The notes under the pieces are model-generated. The model ran no database searches and was not told the DNA's origin. It was given only the letters and a program-made list of their open reading frames with translations. Source: Blepharisma stoltei ATCC 30299 (lineage: Eukaryota > Protista > Ciliophora). Taken from it: 64,000 nucleotides of DNA. A program made the translations under genes and the position numbers. The stretch is from positions 496,001-560,000 of the forward strand of contig CBFDEM010000056.1 in NCBI GenBank assembly GCA_965603825.1, given 5' to 3'. Positions 61,758 to 64,000 of the stretch are shown here, in pieces (positions within the stretch are counted from its first letter, which is position 1; each line of letters opens with the position of its first letter).

Positions 61758-63119
61758 ATGGAGGAGGGCATAAGAAACAGTCTTATCGATACAGAAGGAT
61801 CCCACGTAATACTGGTAGAAGATCTGGAAACTCCAAGATTAAATAGAGAGACATCTGAATATGAGAATTTGGTATATATGCTTTCCTCTATGGGCTTTAA
61901 ACCTAAACAAATAGAAACTGCAATCTCATTTGGTGGAGCAAAATCCATTGATGATGCCCTTGCATTTTTACTCAAAGGAGAGAATGGCTATGAGCATCCA
62001 TTTATACGTAATTCCTAAGTAGCTCAATGAGTTAACGATAAACTCTGCGAAATCTGTGACGAAATTGAATCAGAGCACCTTAATTTCCGCGCAGATCACA
62101 TAGATGATTTAAATCACACGAGGAATGCTCTAGAAGAATCTAAATCCAGAATAAGCGACAATCTTCAAGAGCAGATTAGCAAATGAACTTTCCATCAAGA
62201 ATATTGCTCAATCTGCTATAATGACACAGACTTGGAATGAAGCCATCCAGAATGCGGCAGCCATTCCTTTTGCAAAAACTGTATTTTTGAATATCTCAAG
62301 GTAAAAATCAATGAATCAAAAGTGGAAAATATTACTTGTCCGGGAGATGGGTGCAAAAAAGTTTTCACAGAAGAAATGATAGGCATAATCGTCGGAGAAG
62401 AACTTTTTCAGAAGTATAAAAAATTTAAATGGAGACTAGAACTCTTAAAAGACCCAAGCGTAAAATGGTGCCAAACTCCGAACTGCGAAGGATTTATGAG
62501 AGGCAGTAATGATAATCCTCATTTGGTCTGTCCTGTCTGTGGGCTAAACGTATGCTTTAAATGTGGAAATATCTGGCACGGCAAAAAAAATTGTGAAAAA
62601 ATTATTGATGAAGCCTATGAAATCTGGGCTAAAGGAAAAGAAATTCAACTCTGTCCTAAGTGTAGAAGGAAAATTGAGAAAGTTGATGGGTGCAATCATA
62701 TGACCTGCGCTGTATGTGGGTATCAGTGATGCTGGCTATGCAGAGGAGCATATAAGCGAAATCATTTTAGCAGGCTAAACCCATTTGGGTGTCCGAATTT
62801 GCAAGCAGGAACTAATACAAGGCAAAATTGACCTCTATGAAAAATTTATAGACGAAGGGCAGGGATGTGCATGTTTTGGATTGGACTAATTTTGCTCTTT
62901 CCTTTAATTGGCCTCCTTTATCCAGCCTGGTGGGTTTCTTGCAATTGCTATAGGAATTGGGAATATCGCATATCCTGCTGTTGCAATTTTTCACTGTGTA
63001 TCATAATATTTATCCTGTCATTGATTTTGACACCTCCAGCCTACGTGCTAATCATTCCTGTACTTATATGCTATGGATTTGTCACAGTTCTAAAAGAAAT
63101 AAAGAGAAAGTGCTGTTAG
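61758..63119 (+). CDS. RBR E3 ubiquitin ligase (UBA-like + Zn motif + RING1-IBR-RING2 + C-terminal TMs), one intron
   Basis: LSSMGF UBA-like; CSIC..CGSHSFCKNC; WCQTPNC..CPVC..CFKC..WH; CPKC..IEKVDGCNHMTC..Q[W]CWLC; hydrophobic C-terminus. Confidence 0.88.
62008..62022 (+). other. 15-nt intron GTAATTCCTAAGTAG
   Basis: Removes an in-frame TAA; A at position 10. Confidence 0.85.
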
Positions 63120-63154
63120 ACTCACTAGCTTACTAATTAAATATAATATTTACA

Positions 63155-64000
63155 TTATTCTGGGCTTTGCTCACTTTCGCTGATTTCAATGTCAACAGAA
63201 TTGGCTTTCAAAAGAATCACTTGTTCATACTTTAATCCTGTTTTTCAATCAAACCTACTGTGCCTGTATCGGCAAAGTAGGCATCTTTTTGATCCTTTAG
63301 ACCTGTTAATTCTTTCTTTTGTGGTTTCTCCTGTAATGCATAGAGAAAAATGGAAAATACATAGAATCCCTATTAAAATTGTAAGAATAAGTAGCAAAAT
63401 TGTTAGGATCACAACAATAATCAGTATAATTTCTTCTTGATTTATAACTATATACAAATTACATGTCCTTTCCTCATAGCTTCCAGGCTTATAAAACAAA
63501 AAAGCTAAAAATCCTGCAAGATCTACTAGACCTAAAAGCACCAAATGCGTAACGAAAATAACGAAATAAATATAATTTCTTGCACCAATGCAATTGTTTA
63601 GATAAGGACAATGGTGGTCAAATAGCTCCACGCAGTTATCACACTTAGCACAATGATGAGATCTAGGTGGCCGAAAAATTTCACAGGTCTGGCAAAACTT
63701 ATATAAAGGTCCATTTTCCATAAATATCACATCAGCTGTAAAAACCTTGGGAACCCCACCCAATGCTTCATAAATTTTTTTTCTTGGAATTATGCCTGGC
63801 TCTGTAAGCAAAGTAAGAAAGTAAAAGAAAATTGTGAAGGCATAACAGTATATCGATAGAATTGGGATTACTATAGTGACATTTTCTCATAGATAGCTCG
63901 AAATAAATAAAAAAAAGCTTGAGGGAACTGCTATTAGACCAATTAATGTACCAAAAAAATGAATATTATCACACGAAGGCCCTATCATAAATTTCCCCTT
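63155..64000 (-). CDS. DHHC palmitoyltransferase (ERF2/ZDHHC9-like), 5' end outside window
   Basis: TEPGIIPR, CQTCEIFRPPRSHHCAKCDNCVELFDHHCPYLNNCIGARNY, TTKE; TGA at 63245 read through to TAA at 63155. Confidence 0.9.
63448..63462 (-). other. Probable 15-nt intron GTAATTTGTATATAG (in-frame, stop-free)
   Basis: Matches pattern, A at position 10. Confidence 0.65.

Noticed and set aside
1-64000. Treating TGA-interrupted genes as pseudogenes or selenoproteins
   Set aside because: TGA aligns with conserved Trp in many unrelated families and the frames stay intact.
38275-64000. Clustering of N-acylated proteins (MGINC, MGVCC, MGGC, MGNK, MGSS) with two DHHC enzymes as a functional gene cluster
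   Set aside because: Both classes are abundant in ciliate genomes, the genes are interspersed with unrelated ones, and there is no evidence of co-regulation.

Overview
Gene-dense, AT-rich eukaryotic DNA that reads as a heterotrich ciliate macronuclear chromosome, most likely Blepharisma-like. In-frame TGA codons fall where family-conserved Trp is expected, so UGA=Trp, while TAA and TAG end genes. Nine 15-16 nt GT-AG introns can be read directly, all with A at intron position 10. The supplied standard-code ORF track fragments many genes. Re-read with TGA=Trp and the tiny introns removed, the window holds about 43 genes. These include SDHA (partial), importin-alpha, a bacterial-type persulfide dioxygenase, Rab4, U2AF65, a signal-anchored TTL-family ligase, UFSP2, three paralogous multi-TM hybrid histidine kinases, WDR7-like, two DUSPs, archaemetzincin, an MFS transporter, PLK, IQ-MORN, a stand-alone voltage-sensor-like protein, an acylated Kelch-Sec14 fusion, MEMO1, an ODA docking subunit, a purple acid phosphatase with a 1-nt frameshift, CDPK, RPN1, TBC-rhodanese, an RBR E3 and two DHHC enzymes. 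There is also a decayed Qc-SNARE. No rRNA, tRNA, telomere, IES/transposon or CRISPR signal was recognised. The best candidates for undescribed biology are the secretory-pathway TTL-family ligase, the histidine kinase sensor domain, and the divergent U2AF65 in a genome whose introns leave no room for a polypyrimidine tract. All family calls come from motif recognition by eye, not database searches.
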